Assembly: GCA_041580775.1 (NCBI GenBank)
Contig: JBFGDF010000003.1
Location: forward strand, 2,806-66,805
DNA length: 64,000 bases
Direction: 5' to 3'
Origin: Gemmatimonadales bacterium
GTDB lineage: Bacteria; Gemmatimonadota; Gemmatimonadetes; Gemmatimonadales; GWC2-71-9
Below are positions 9,100-18,108 of this stretch, piece after piece. A program made the position numbers and the translations under genes. Positions within the stretch are counted from its first letter, which is position 1; each line of letters begins with the position of its first letter. The notes under the pieces are model-generated. The model had not been told where the DNA came from. It searched no databases and worked only from the letters and a program-made list of their open reading frames with translations.

Positions 9100-9747
9100 C
9101 TACCCCCGCAGCTGCTTCAGGCGTTCCTCGTACTTCTTCCGCCACCCCTCGGTGAGCGCCGGCGTCCGCGTCGCCCGTTCGAGGACCGCCACGTCGGGCC
9201 GCTTCGTGGTTTCCAGGATCGCCAACTCCGCGATCGTCGGGGCCGAGGGATCGCTACCCGCGCGGTGGACCATGTCGCCCGCGCGGATCACCCCCGCATG
9301 ACGCACGCGCAGGTAGAACCCCAGCCGGCGGCTCCGCAGAAACCGTCTTACCATGTCGGCGCGGCCGAACTTGATGCCGAGCTTGTGACACGGGAGGCGC
9401 GGTTGGGAGACCTCGAACTCGGCGGTGCCGATGGTAATCCGGTCGCCCACTCGGACGGTCGTCTCGTCGAGGCCTTCGGTGGTGAGATTCTCCCCGAACA
9501 TCCCCCACGACAGGTCCGACCGCCGCAGCGCGGCGCGCCAGAACGGATAGTGCTCGCCCGGATAGACATACACCGCCTTGTCGACCCCGCCGTGGACGGC
9601 GAGATCGGCCTGGCGGTCGCCGTCCAGGTTGGTGCGGCCCACGGTCACCGGGCCCGCAACCGGCTCCTTGAAGATGCTGGTCTCCACGGCGTCGCCTTTC
9701 CACTCGACGAGCCGCGGCTGACCGACGTTGACGGATATGAGGCGCAT
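9100..9747 (-). CDS. MOSC domain-containing protein (YiiM-like)
   Basis: This is the internal ATG 9747 of ORF 9100..10311. The sequence MRLISVNVGQPR...DRQADLAVHGG..KAVYVY...QPRLPCHKLG... is a typical MOSC/YiiM pattern. Confidence 0.85.
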   Translation of the reverse strand: MRLISVNVGQPRLVEWKGDAVETSIFKEPVAGPVTVGRTNLDGDRQADLAVHGGVDKAVYVYPGEHYPFWRAALRRSDLSWGMFGENLTTEGLDETTVRVGDRITIGTAEFEVSQPRLPCHKLGIKFGRADMVRRFLRSRRLGFYLRVRHAGVIRAGDMVHRAGSDPSAPTIAELAILETTKRPDVAVLERATRTPALTEGWRKKYEERLKQLRG

Positions 9748-10036
9748 GGGGACCGCGTTCGCGTGCTCCGCTCCTGACGAAGACGCACCGACTGCTCGGG
9801 ACACCACACTAGCATCGGGGGCCCGGGAAGGGCAGGGCAGGGCGGGTGGTGGACAGCCCGGCGGCGGGGCATCACATTTGCGCCTTGCCGGCCCAGCAGG
9901 CTGGCGGCCGCACTTCCCGAGATGGCGCGGGGAGCCCCGCCGACGGCTTGATACCGGTCCGCACGCCCCGGTGCGTCCGCGCACAGGGAGCGCGGGGCGG
10001 CCCTCGGTAACCACCACCCGGTGAAGGAGGATTCGC

Positions 10037-11032
10037 ATGCGTCCGCTCCTCGTGGTACCGCTCACGCTGGCGGCGGCCGTCGCCCCCCTGGGGCTCGCGG
10101 CGCAGGCCCCGCAGGGAGGACCCAAGGTCCGCATCGCGGTCATGGAGACCGAATGGGATCCCGGCGTGGTCCAGAGCGCCTGGATGAGCGGCGGCAACTC
10201 GCCGGACGTGTTCATGCGCGAACGGCAGACCTTCGCGCGTGGCCTCACGGAGATGATGGTGTCGGAGCTGCTCAAGACCGGGCGCTTCATCGTCGTGGAA
10301 CGCAAGGCCATCGACGACGTCTTCGCCGAGCAGAACCTGCAGCAGAGCGGCGCGGTGAATCAGGAAACGGCGTCGCAGGCCGGACGGCTCGTGGGCGCAC
10401 AGTTCCTCATCCGGCCCGAGATCACCGAGTTCTCCTACGGTCAGGCCGGCAGCACCAAGGGTGGCGCGGTCAAGGTGCCGGTGAAGGTCCCGCTGGCCGG
10501 GCGCGTGCGGGTGGGCGGCGGCAAGGCCAAGATCACGGCGCTGCTCGTGCTCGACAGCCGCATCATCGAGGTGGAGACCGGCCAGATCACCACCTCGGTG
10601 AAAAGTGAGGCCGAAGCCGAACAGAGCATGAACAACTTCGATCTCGGTACCGCCGTCTTCGACTACAACGCGGCCGATTTCGAGAAGACCCCCTTGGGCG
10701 CCGCAACCCGCGAGGCCGTGAGCGACGCCGTCGCGCAGATCGTCAAGGAGTTGGGCGACACCCCGTGGCAGGGGCGGGTGGTCACCGTCCGCAGCGGGCA
10801 GATCTACGTGAACGCCGGGGAAGACATGGGCCTCCGCGTGGGCGACGTGCTCGAGGTGTTCCGGCCCGGCGAGAAGTTGGTGGATCCCGAGACGGGCTTG
10901 TCGCTGGGAGCAACCGAAACGCGGCTCGGGAAGATGCGGATCGCGTCGGTGCAGGAGAAGTTCCTCATTGCCGAGCCTCTGGCGAGCTTCACCGCTCAAC
11001 GCAATGACATCGTGCGGTACGTCGGGCAGTAG
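10037..11032 (+). CDS. CsgG/HfaB-family secretion-channel-like protein
   Basis: A GGAGG Shine-Dalgarno (SD) sequence precedes the ATG and a signal peptide is present. The CsgG-like core is LTEMMVSELLKTGRFIVVERKAIDDVFAEQNLQQSGAV...GRLVGAQFLIRPEITEF. Confidence 0.75.
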   Translation: MRPLLVVPLTLAAAVAPLGLAAQAPQGGPKVRIAVMETEWDPGVVQSAWMSGGNSPDVFMRERQTFARGLTEMMVSELLKTGRFIVVERKAIDDVFAEQNLQQSGAVNQETASQAGRLVGAQFLIRPEITEFSYGQAGSTKGGAVKVPVKVPLAGRVRVGGGKAKITALLVLDSRIIEVETGQITTSVKSEAEAEQSMNNFDLGTAVFDYNAADFEKTPLGAATREAVSDAVAQIVKELGDTPWQGRVVTVRSGQIYVNAGEDMGLRVGDVLEVFRPGEKLVDPETGLSLGATETRLGKMRIASVQEKFLIAEPLASFTAQRNDIVRYVGQ

Positions 11033-11062
11033 CGCATCCCAGCGCCCAGGCCAACCACGCAG

Positions 11063-11091
11063 GAGGGCGGCGGGCCCGGGTCCGCCGCCTC
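11063..11091 (+). terminator. GC-rich hairpin downstream of the CsgG-like gene (possible terminator)
   Basis: GAGGGCGGCGG (11063-11073) pairs with CCGCCGCCTC (11082-11091), with one bulge and an 8-nt loop. There is no clear T-tract. Confidence 0.35.
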
Positions 11092-11170
11092 GTATGCCGC
11101 GGCTTTGGCCAGCACGTGACGCGCCCGCCGGGAACGGGGTATCCGGGGTACCCACGGACCGAGGCTCCTG

Positions 11171-11773
11171 ATGCGCCGCTCCTGTCTTCCCCTTCTCGCC
11201 GCCGGCTTGTTGGCGGCCTGTGCCACGGCCGACCCCACCGCTCCCTCCGACCAGCTCCCGTTGCAGCGTGTGGCCGGCGGGATCCGGATCGTCAACACGA
11301 CGGACGGGCCAATCGCCTACACGGTACTGGAGTACGAGTATTACTCCCGCGCTTTGGCCATCTGGGGTCCGTGTCCCAACCTCGACGACTGCACGCTCCG
11401 GCCGCAGGAAAGCGTGGTGGTACCCGACGCGGACATTGGAGGGTACGTCTCCGGAGCGAAGGCGGCGGTGGTCCTGTGGTGGTCGGTGGTCCCCGACGAG
11501 GCAGGCGGGAAGTCGGTGGTCGAGCCTCGATCGGCGTTGGTCCCGCTGGCGGCCGGAGCGTTCGTCCTCACGGCGGCCGTCCGCTTCGTGGACGTCGAGG
11601 GCGGCTGTTGGGCCCTGGACACGGACTCCGTGCGGTACGAGCCGCTTGGCCTTCCCGCGGAGTACCGGGTGGACGGGATGGCGGTGCAGACCGTGGTGGA
11701 ACCCGTCAGCGACGTGGGGACGATCTGCATGCTGGGCCGCCTCGTGAGGGTGCTCGCCATCGCGCAGCGGTAG
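11171..11773 (+). CDS. Hypothetical lipoprotein
   Basis: Signal peptide with lipobox (LLAACATAD). GC3 is high. No recognised domain. Confidence 0.6.
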   Translation: MRRSCLPLLAAGLLAACATADPTAPSDQLPLQRVAGGIRIVNTTDGPIAYTVLEYEYYSRALAIWGPCPNLDDCTLRPQESVVVPDADIGGYVSGAKAAVVLWWSVVPDEAGGKSVVEPRSALVPLAAGAFVLTAAVRFVDVEGGCWALDTDSVRYEPLGLPAEYRVDGMAVQTVVEPVSDVGTICMLGRLVRVLAIAQR

Positions 11774-11894
11774 CGGGGCCGGCCTCACGGAGTTCCCTGA
11801 AACCTCAACGTCCGTCCCCGCGTATAACTTACCTCCAGCGGGGAGCGCGCCCGGCCGCTCCCCGACCGCCGATGTCCCGCAACCCCAAGAAGGC

Positions 11895-12575
11895 ATGAGA
11901 GTCCCGGACGCCCCCTGGCACACCGCCGTGTTGCTCGCGGCGCTCAGCGCGACCGCCTGCGCCTCCCAAGCCGGCGTGGCGACGACCCCGCCACCATCCA
12001 CCGGCTCAGTGGCCGAGTTGGAGGCGATCGCCCGGGCTCGACGGGACAGCGCCCGACTGCGCTACACCGACGCCGACGTCCGCTTCATGACGGGAATGAT
12101 CGCCCACCACGCCCAAGCGCTGGTCATGGCGGGGCTCGCCCCCACCCACGCGGCCAGCCCGTCGGTGCGGATCCTGGCGGCGCGGATCATCAATGCCCAG
12201 CAGGATGAGATCGCCACGATGCAGCAGTGGCTCAGGGACCGCGGGGAGCCCGTGCCCGACGTGGACATCCGGGGCACGAGGATGACGGTACATGGCGCCG
12301 AGCACGCCAATCACATGCCGGGCATGCTCTCCGCCGAGCAGATGCGGCAGCTTGACGAAGCACACGGGCCGGCGTTCGATCGGCTCTTTCTCACGTTCAT
12401 GATCCAGCACCACCGTGGGGCCGTGGTCATGGTGCACGAGCTGTTCGCTACGGACGGCGCCGCACAGGACGGAGCAGTGTTCAAGCTGGCCTCCGACGTC
12501 CAGGTGGACCAAATGACGGAAATCGACCGGATGGAGCGTATGCTCGCCGCCCTGTCCGAGGGCCGCGCCCCATGA
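11895..12575 (+). CDS. DUF305 family protein (secreted/lipoprotein)
   Basis: It contains the duplicated DUF305 signature FMTGMIAHHAQAL and FLTFMIQHHRGAV, and an N-terminal lipobox-like LSATAC. Confidence 0.8.
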   Translation: MRVPDAPWHTAVLLAALSATACASQAGVATTPPPSTGSVAELEAIARARRDSARLRYTDADVRFMTGMIAHHAQALVMAGLAPTHAASPSVRILAARIINAQQDEIATMQQWLRDRGEPVPDVDIRGTRMTVHGAEHANHMPGMLSAEQMRQLDEAHGPAFDRLFLTFMIQHHRGAVVMVHELFATDGAAQDGAVFKLASDVQVDQMTEIDRMERMLAALSEGRAP

Positions 12576-14653
12576 TCGGCCGGGCAACGCCCATCCCTCG
12601 TTCCTTCATCGCCCTCACACAGGAACCCGTTATGGCTCTGGTACCTCCGACTTCGATCCCTCCAGCCGGACGGGTGATGGCGCCGTTCGGAGCGCTCGTG
12701 CTCGTGTCGGGGCTGCTCGGCGCGGCCGCGTGCGCGCCGTCGACCTCCACGTCCGGGGCGGGTGTCCCCACCCCTGCGGCGGGCATGACGGCGCCGAGCC
12801 CCGATCCGCGCATCGGGCTGGGGGCGGGAATGCTGGACGCCGAGGAGGCCGTCTGGAATCTGCGCGTCCTTTCGACGACCCCACCTCCGCGGGAGTTCCT
12901 CGGGGCCATGAACTCCGATCTCGCCTTCACCGGGCGCTACGCCATTCAGGGCAACTTCAACGGCATTCAGGTGTGGGACATCGCAGACCCCAGCCAGCCC
13001 GCCCTCGTGGTCAGCCACGTCTGTCCGGCGTCCCAGAGCGACGTGTCGGTCTACAAGCACCTGCTGTTCGTCTCGGGCGAGGGACTCGAAGGCCGCCTCG
13101 ACTGCGGCACGCAGGGCGTGCGGGAAGCCGTGAGCCATCATCGGCTGCGTGGGATCCGGATCTTCGACATCAGCGACATCCGGAACCCGGCGTACATCGG
13201 TAACGTGCAGACGTGCCGTGGCTCCCATACGCATTCCGTGCTCGTCGATCCCCAGGACCCCGACCACGTGTACATCTACGTGTCCGGCTCGGCCCCGGTA
13301 CGCCCCGAGGAGGAACTGCCTGGCTGCTCCAGCGCCCCACCGGACGAGGATCCGAACAGCGCGCTCTTTCGGATCGAGGTGATCAAGGTGCCGCTCGCTC
13401 ATCCCGAGCAGGCGGCGATCGTGAGTTCGCCGCGGATCTTCCACGACCTCGTCGCCCCCCCCACGCACGGCGAGTCGCCGGCCGACCGCGCCGAGATCGA
13501 GCGGGCGAGGGCGCGCGGCGCTTTCGTCGTGGAGGTGCAAGGCCGGCAGATGGTACTGCCGGAGCGCATGACCGTGCAGTTGCTCGCCGAGGTCGTGAAG
13601 GCGCGTGGCGGGACCGGCGCGCCGACGGCCGCGGACAGCGCCTCGTTGCGGCAGGCGCTGCCCGACATGGTGGCACGGATGGTCGGCACTCGTCCGAGCC
13701 CGGATGAAGGTCCGCGCCCGGGCCCCACGCAGTGCCACGACATCACGCTCTACCCGGCGATCGGCCTGGCGGGCGGCGCCTGTGGGGGGTACGGGCTTCT
13801 GCTCGACATCAGCGATCCCGTGAACCCGACGCGCCTCGCGGCGGTAAGTGACTCAAACTTCTCCTACTGGCACTCGGCGACCTTCAACAACGACGGCAGC
13901 AAGATCCTCTTCACCGACGAATGGGGCGGCGGCGGCCAGCCGAAATGCCGCGCCACCGACCCGAAAGAATGGGGTGCAAACGCAATCTTCACCGTCGCAG
14001 ACCGGCAGATGCATTTCAAGAGCTACTACAAGCTCCCCGTACCGCAGACGCCCGAGGAGAACTGCGTGGCGCACAACGGGTCGCTGATCCCGATCCCGGG
14101 GCGGGACGTGATGGTGCAGGGGTGGTATCAGGGCGGAATCTCGGTGTTCGACTGGACCGATCCCGCGAATCCCGTCGAAATCGCCTTCCACGACCGCGGC
14201 CCACTGGACGCCACCCGGATGGAGATGGCCGGCAGCTGGTCGGTCTACTGGTACAACGGCGTGCTCGTGAGCTCCGAGATCGCGCGCGGGCTCGACATTT
14301 TCGAGCTCGTGCCGAGCGCCTTCCTGTCGCAGAACGAGATCGATGCGGCGAAGACGGTGCACCTCGACTACCTGAACGCGCAGGGCCAGCCGCAGTTCGC
14401 CTGGCCACCGAGTTTCGCCCTGGCGCGCGCGTACACGGATCAGCTCGAGCGCTCCACCGGCCTGGCTACAGACCGGCTCCATGCGGTGCGTCAGGCGCTT
14501 GCCCGCGCCGAGCGGTCGTCGGGCGCCGTGCGAGGCGCGGCGCTGACGGCGCTGGCGACGCAACTCGATGGCGACGCGAGCACGTCGAGTGACGCCGCCA
14601 AGGTGCGCATGCTGGCGGGTGCGGTGCGGGAGTTGGCGGCGGCGTCGCGCTGA
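12572..14653 (+). CDS. LVIVD-repeat beta-propeller protein with C-terminal helical tail
   Basis: Repeated xxDISDPxxP units are present: IQVWDIADPSQPALV, IRIFDISDIRNPAYI, LLLDISDPVNPTRL, ISVFDWTDPANPVEI. The start overlaps the DUF305 stop (ATGA). A later start (M36, before lipobox LLGAAAC) is possible. Confidence 0.65.
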   Translation: MIGRATPIPRSFIALTQEPVMALVPPTSIPPAGRVMAPFGALVLVSGLLGAAACAPSTSTSGAGVPTPAAGMTAPSPDPRIGLGAGMLDAEEAVWNLRVLSTTPPPREFLGAMNSDLAFTGRYAIQGNFNGIQVWDIADPSQPALVVSHVCPASQSDVSVYKHLLFVSGEGLEGRLDCGTQGVREAVSHHRLRGIRIFDISDIRNPAYIGNVQTCRGSHTHSVLVDPQDPDHVYIYVSGSAPVRPEEELPGCSSAPPDEDPNSALFRIEVIKVPLAHPEQAAIVSSPRIFHDLVAPPTHGESPADRAEIERARARGAFVVEVQGRQMVLPERMTVQLLAEVVKARGGTGAPTAADSASLRQALPDMVARMVGTRPSPDEGPRPGPTQCHDITLYPAIGLAGGACGGYGLLLDISDPVNPTRLAAVSDSNFSYWHSATFNNDGSKILFTDEWGGGGQPKCRATDPKEWGANAIFTVADRQMHFKSYYKLPVPQTPEENCVAHNGSLIPIPGRDVMVQGWYQGGISVFDWTDPANPVEIAFHDRGPLDATRMEMAGSWSVYWYNGVLVSSEIARGLDIFELVPSAFLSQNEIDAAKTVHLDYLNAQGQPQFAWPPSFALARAYTDQLERSTGLATDRLHAVRQALARAERSSGAVRGAALTALATQLDGDASTSSDAAKVRMLAGAVRELAAASR

Positions 14654-14769
14654 CCACGCGGAATCCTCGCAACAGAAGCGGTGCTGACTGTGGTCGGCGC
14701 CGCCTCTGTCCGTTGCCCGGGCCATGGCCAACGCCCGATTCCCCGTCGCGGAGTCGCTTGCGCGCCGCG

Positions 14770-14787
14770 GCTGCCGCGCGGCAGTTT
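14770..14787 (+). terminator. Rho-independent terminator candidate
   Basis: A perfect palindrome CTGCCGCGCGGCAG (14770-14783) is followed by TTTT. It lies about 117 nt after the LVIVD gene stop. Confidence 0.45.
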
Positions 14788-14821
14788 TCCTCGTCGTCAG
14801 CCCGCGGATGGAGACCTGCCG

Positions 14822-16042
14822 ATGCACCGACGATTCGCTTCCGCCTCGGGGCGAGCCATCGCGCTGCTCGTCGCCGGCGTCGCCACGACCGGCCCGTGCC
14901 CGCTCGCGGCCCAGGCACCCTGGCCCACCAACGGGTGGGCGGTGGCCTCTCCCGAGTCCCGAGGGATGGACGGGTCACCGCTGGTCGCGCTGGACCGGGA
15001 GATCCGTGCCGGCCGGTTCGGGCACATCGACCGGCTCGTGATCGTGCGGCACGGATACCAGGTCGTGAGCGAGCGGTATCCCAGGGACTACAGCACCGTC
15101 AGTCGCGGAGTCCGCGGACCGATCGGCTGCGGCAGCGACGCGTGTCCCACGGCCAAGGACGTCCACGAGTACAACTACTTCCATCCCACGTTCCACCCGT
15201 ACTACCGCGGCCGGGACGTGCACACCCTCCAGTCGGTCACGAAGTCCGTGACCTCGGCGTTGATCGGCATCGCGATCCGGCGCGGTGAGATCGTGGGGAC
15301 CCAGGTCCCGCTCTTGTCCTTCTTCGCGGACTATGATCTGTCACACGTCGACCCGCGACTGCGCCGCGCGACCCTGGACGACCTCCTCACGATGCGCACT
15401 GGCCTCGAGTGGCACGAGACCGACCGGCCGCTCGATTCCACGAACACCACGCTGCAGCTCGAGTTGAGTCCGGACTGGATCCGGTTCACGCTCGCGCAGC
15501 CGATGGATGCCGATCCCGGGACGAAGTGGGCCTACAACAGCGGTGGCAGTCACCTGATGTCGGGGATCATCCGGCAGGCGACCGGCCAGACGGTCGACCG
15601 GTACGCCGAGGCCCATCTCTTCGGACCGCTCGGGATTCGGGACTACCACTGGAAGCGAACGCCGACTGGGCTGCCGGATACCGAAGGCGGCCTGTATCTC
15701 GAAACGGAGCAGCTCGCCAAGATCGGGTATCTGTACCTCCACGACGGCGTGTGGGATGGGCGGCGCATTCTGCCGGAGGGCTGGGTGCGGGCCTCCACAG
15801 CCCGTCGGGTGGACCGGGTGAGGTTCCGCGACTGGGGTTATGGCTACCAGTGGTGGCGGCTCGATCGGGACGGCGAGGATGTGTGGGCTGGCCTTGGATT
15901 CGGCGGCCAGTATCTCCTGGTGCTTCCCGAACATGATGTCGTGGCCGTGCTCAACAGTTGGAACGTGTTTGGCGGGCAATACCCGTCGGTACTCGACGCC
16001 CTGCTCGACGCGGTGCTCGCTGCGGTAGCACAGGGACCGTAG
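14822..16042 (+). CDS. Beta-lactamase-fold serine hydrolase (secreted)
   Basis: This is the internal ATG of ORF 14681..16042. It has a signal peptide and the SxxK motif in LQSVTKSVTSALIG, and is about 400 aa long, which fits the family. Confidence 0.8.
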   Translation: MHRRFASASGRAIALLVAGVATTGPCPLAAQAPWPTNGWAVASPESRGMDGSPLVALDREIRAGRFGHIDRLVIVRHGYQVVSERYPRDYSTVSRGVRGPIGCGSDACPTAKDVHEYNYFHPTFHPYYRGRDVHTLQSVTKSVTSALIGIAIRRGEIVGTQVPLLSFFADYDLSHVDPRLRRATLDDLLTMRTGLEWHETDRPLDSTNTTLQLELSPDWIRFTLAQPMDADPGTKWAYNSGGSHLMSGIIRQATGQTVDRYAEAHLFGPLGIRDYHWKRTPTGLPDTEGGLYLETEQLAKIGYLYLHDGVWDGRRILPEGWVRASTARRVDRVRFRDWGYGYQWWRLDRDGEDVWAGLGFGGQYLLVLPEHDVVAVLNSWNVFGGQYPSVLDALLDAVLAAVAQGP

Positions 16043-16098
16043 CCCGACGGAACCCCGGGGGGCTAGGTTGCGGTGTGACCTGGTAAGGAGTGGGCGAG

Positions 16099-16563
16099 AT
16101 GCCATGCTCGACGACACACCTCGTGATTCTCGCTGGCGCATTCGGTCTCGCAGGCTGGGCCACCCCGGTAGTCGGACAAACGAGCGGCGCCGACGCAACC
16201 GCCGTCGTGCGGGGATACGTGCAGGCAGTCGTGGACGGCGACTGGGACGCCGCCGCCACGTATTTTGCCGCCGACGCCGTTCGCCTCCCGATGAACGCGC
16301 CGGCGGTGCGCGGCCACGCCGCCATTCGTCAGAGTCTCGGCGCCGTGGACAGCGTGCCGGATTGGACGATCCACGCGATCGAGGTGGAGACCGGTCCGGC
16401 TTTGGCGTATGCCCGCTTCCACTTCACGATGACGATCTTCGTGAGGGGCTCGCCTCAGCCGTTCACGTACACCGGCAAACAGCTGAGCGTCCTGAAACGG
16501 CAGCCGGACGGTCGCTGGCTGATCTTGACGGACATGTGGAACACCGATTCGTTCGGGCCGTGA
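16099..16563 (+). CDS. NTF2-like (SnoaL/DUF4440-type) secreted protein
   Basis: AAGGAG lies 8 nt before ATG 16099. It has a signal peptide. VVRGYVQAVVDGDWDAAATYFAADAV ... KRQPDGRWLILTDMWN is a typical NTF2-like fold signature. Confidence 0.65.
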   Translation: MPCSTTHLVILAGAFGLAGWATPVVGQTSGADATAVVRGYVQAVVDGDWDAAATYFAADAVRLPMNAPAVRGHAAIRQSLGAVDSVPDWTIHAIEVETGPALAYARFHFTMTIFVRGSPQPFTYTGKQLSVLKRQPDGRWLILTDMWNTDSFGP

Positions 16564-17021
16564 CGCCAGCGCGCGTCCTGCGCCTGCTGGTCGGGACGGT
16601 CGCGCTTGCCGGCGCCGCCTGCGCGGACGGCGCACTCGAGCTGAACGCGCTCTTGGGCACCTACGCGCTCGAAACCGCGGCCGGACAGACCCTGCCGGCC
16701 GTGGTGCTCGACACCATCATCCCGGATCCGGCCCGGGATCTACAGGTCAAGGTGGTGGTGACCGGGGGATCGCTCGACGTGAACCCGGATGGAACGTACG
16801 AGCACCGGGTCGAGCGTCAGTTGCTCGTGTTCGACGAGCCGCAGCCGATCACCGCCTGGGTGGACCACGGAACGTTCGCCACCAGTGAGGTCGGTCTCCG
16901 GTTCGTGTCGACCTTCATCCAGAATGTGACGTTCACCGCCTTCCCGACCAACGGCCGGCTCACGATCGAACAGGATCTGTCGGGGGAGGGTCAGACGGCC
17001 GTCTATGTCTACCGCAAGTAG
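16560..17021 (+). CDS. Hypothetical lipoprotein
   Basis: The GTG start overlaps the upstream stop (GTGA, 16560-16563). The lipobox is VALAGAACADG. GC3 is high. This is the tail of track ORF 16068..17021. Confidence 0.55.
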   Translation: MTPARVLRLLVGTVALAGAACADGALELNALLGTYALETAAGQTLPAVVLDTIIPDPARDLQVKVVVTGGSLDVNPDGTYEHRVERQLLVFDEPQPITAWVDHGTFATSEVGLRFVSTFIQNVTFTAFPTNGRLTIEQDLSGEGQTAVYVYRK

Positions 17022-17547
17022 GCTCCCCACGATCGGGGCGTGCGGCCTCCTGGTCGCCACCCTGGCTGGCCCGCTCCGCGCGCAGGCACCGAGCGTCGCG
17101 CCGGCGCCGGCCTACGAGACCGCCGAGGGGACGGTTGGTCGGCTCTACGACCTAGTCTCGTTCGGCCCGGCCGCCACACCAGACTGGGACGCAGTGCGGG
17201 CGCTGTTTCTCCCGGAGGCCGTGATTGTCTTGCGCACCGGACGGACGGCGAGCACGGTGTTTTCGGTCGAGAGCTTCGTCGCGGATTTCGTGGCGTTTGC
17301 GCAGCGCGAGGACGTGCAGGCCGCCGGCTTTGTCGAGCGCATCGTCCGGCTGCGACCGCTCGTCTTCCGGAACGTGGCTCAGATCCTCGTCCTGTACGAA
17401 GCACACATCCCCGGGTCATCGAGGCCGCCGCAGCAGGGCGTGGACAGCTTCTCGCTGGTGCGACGTGATGGCCGCTGGCAGATTGCGGCGATCGTCAACG
17501 ACCTGCCGAGCCCCGAGCACCCGGTCCCGGCGGAGCTGCGCGAGTGA
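17005..17547 (+). CDS. NTF2-like secreted protein
   Basis: Signal peptide (LLVATLAGPLRAQA). The C-terminal GVDSFSLVRRDGRWQIAAIV is an NTF2-like pattern. It overlaps the upstream gene by 17 nt. Confidence 0.55.
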   Translation: MSTASRLPTIGACGLLVATLAGPLRAQAPSVAPAPAYETAEGTVGRLYDLVSFGPAATPDWDAVRALFLPEAVIVLRTGRTASTVFSVESFVADFVAFAQREDVQAAGFVERIVRLRPLVFRNVAQILVLYEAHIPGSSRPPQQGVDSFSLVRRDGRWQIAAIVNDLPSPEHPVPAELRE

Positions 17548-17870
17548 CCGGGGCAATCTCTTTCCTCGGGGGGGTCCTGCAGGAGGTGCCTACGCGTGCC
17601 CTCTGGCTGGCGGCGATCGGAGTCGCCTGTGTCAATCTCCCCTTCGGGTTCTGGCGGGCGGGGACGCGGCGGTTCACGCTTCCGTGGTTCCTGGCCGTGC
17701 ACGCACCCGTCCCCCTCGTTGTGGGGATACGATTGGCCACGGGCGAGGCGTGGCGGTTGACTACCGTCCCGATCCTGGTCGCCGCGTTCTTCACCGGACA
17801 GTTCTGTGGCGGGCGAATCCGCGTCTGGCACGGGCGGGGCCTTCCACCGTCCCCCGAGCCACCAGGATGA
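17544..17870 (+). CDS. Small polytopic membrane protein
   Basis: GTGA overlap with the upstream stop. About three hydrophobic helices are present (ALWLAAIGVACVNLPFGFW; WFLAVHAPVPLVVGI; VPILVAAFFTGQF). Confidence 0.5.
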   Translation: MTGAISFLGGVLQEVPTRALWLAAIGVACVNLPFGFWRAGTRRFTLPWFLAVHAPVPLVVGIRLATGEAWRLTTVPILVAAFFTGQFCGGRIRVWHGRGLPPSPEPPG

Positions 17871-18031
17871 CCTTCAAGCTCTTCGCCTGGATCGGTGCCG
17901 CGCCCGGCGGAGCGCTCGGCCGGTGGACCGGCGCGCCCGTCGGCGTCATGACCGCATTCCTCCTGAGCGTCATCGGCACCAGCGTGGGCGTCTATGCTGG
18001 ACGGCGGATCGCCGCGCGCGGCATGCCCTGA
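17867..18031 (+). CDS. 54-aa glycine-zipper-like membrane peptide
   Basis: It is not listed separately in the track (tail of ORF 17225..18031). ATG 17867 overlaps the upstream TGA (ATGA). The sequence is MTFKLFAWIGAAPGGALGRWTGAPVGVMTAFLLSVIGTSVGVYAGRRIAARGMP. Confidence 0.45.
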   Translation: MTFKLFAWIGAAPGGALGRWTGAPVGVMTAFLLSVIGTSVGVYAGRRIAARGMP

Positions 18032-18108
18032 GCGCGCATCCGGCACAATCCGGCTCGGCCGCGGTACGATTACCCACCCATCATCCCGTTCATCGAGGCC
18101 TCGATTCA

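Noticed and set aside
9872-12001. A 709-aa minus-strand ORF, the longest ORF in this region.
   Set aside because: It is antisense to the CsgG-like and lipoprotein genes. Its translation is Arg/Gly/Pro/His-rich low complexity with no motifs. It is a typical shadow ORF in very GC-rich DNA, and the plus-strand frames carry recognisable domains and SD sequences.
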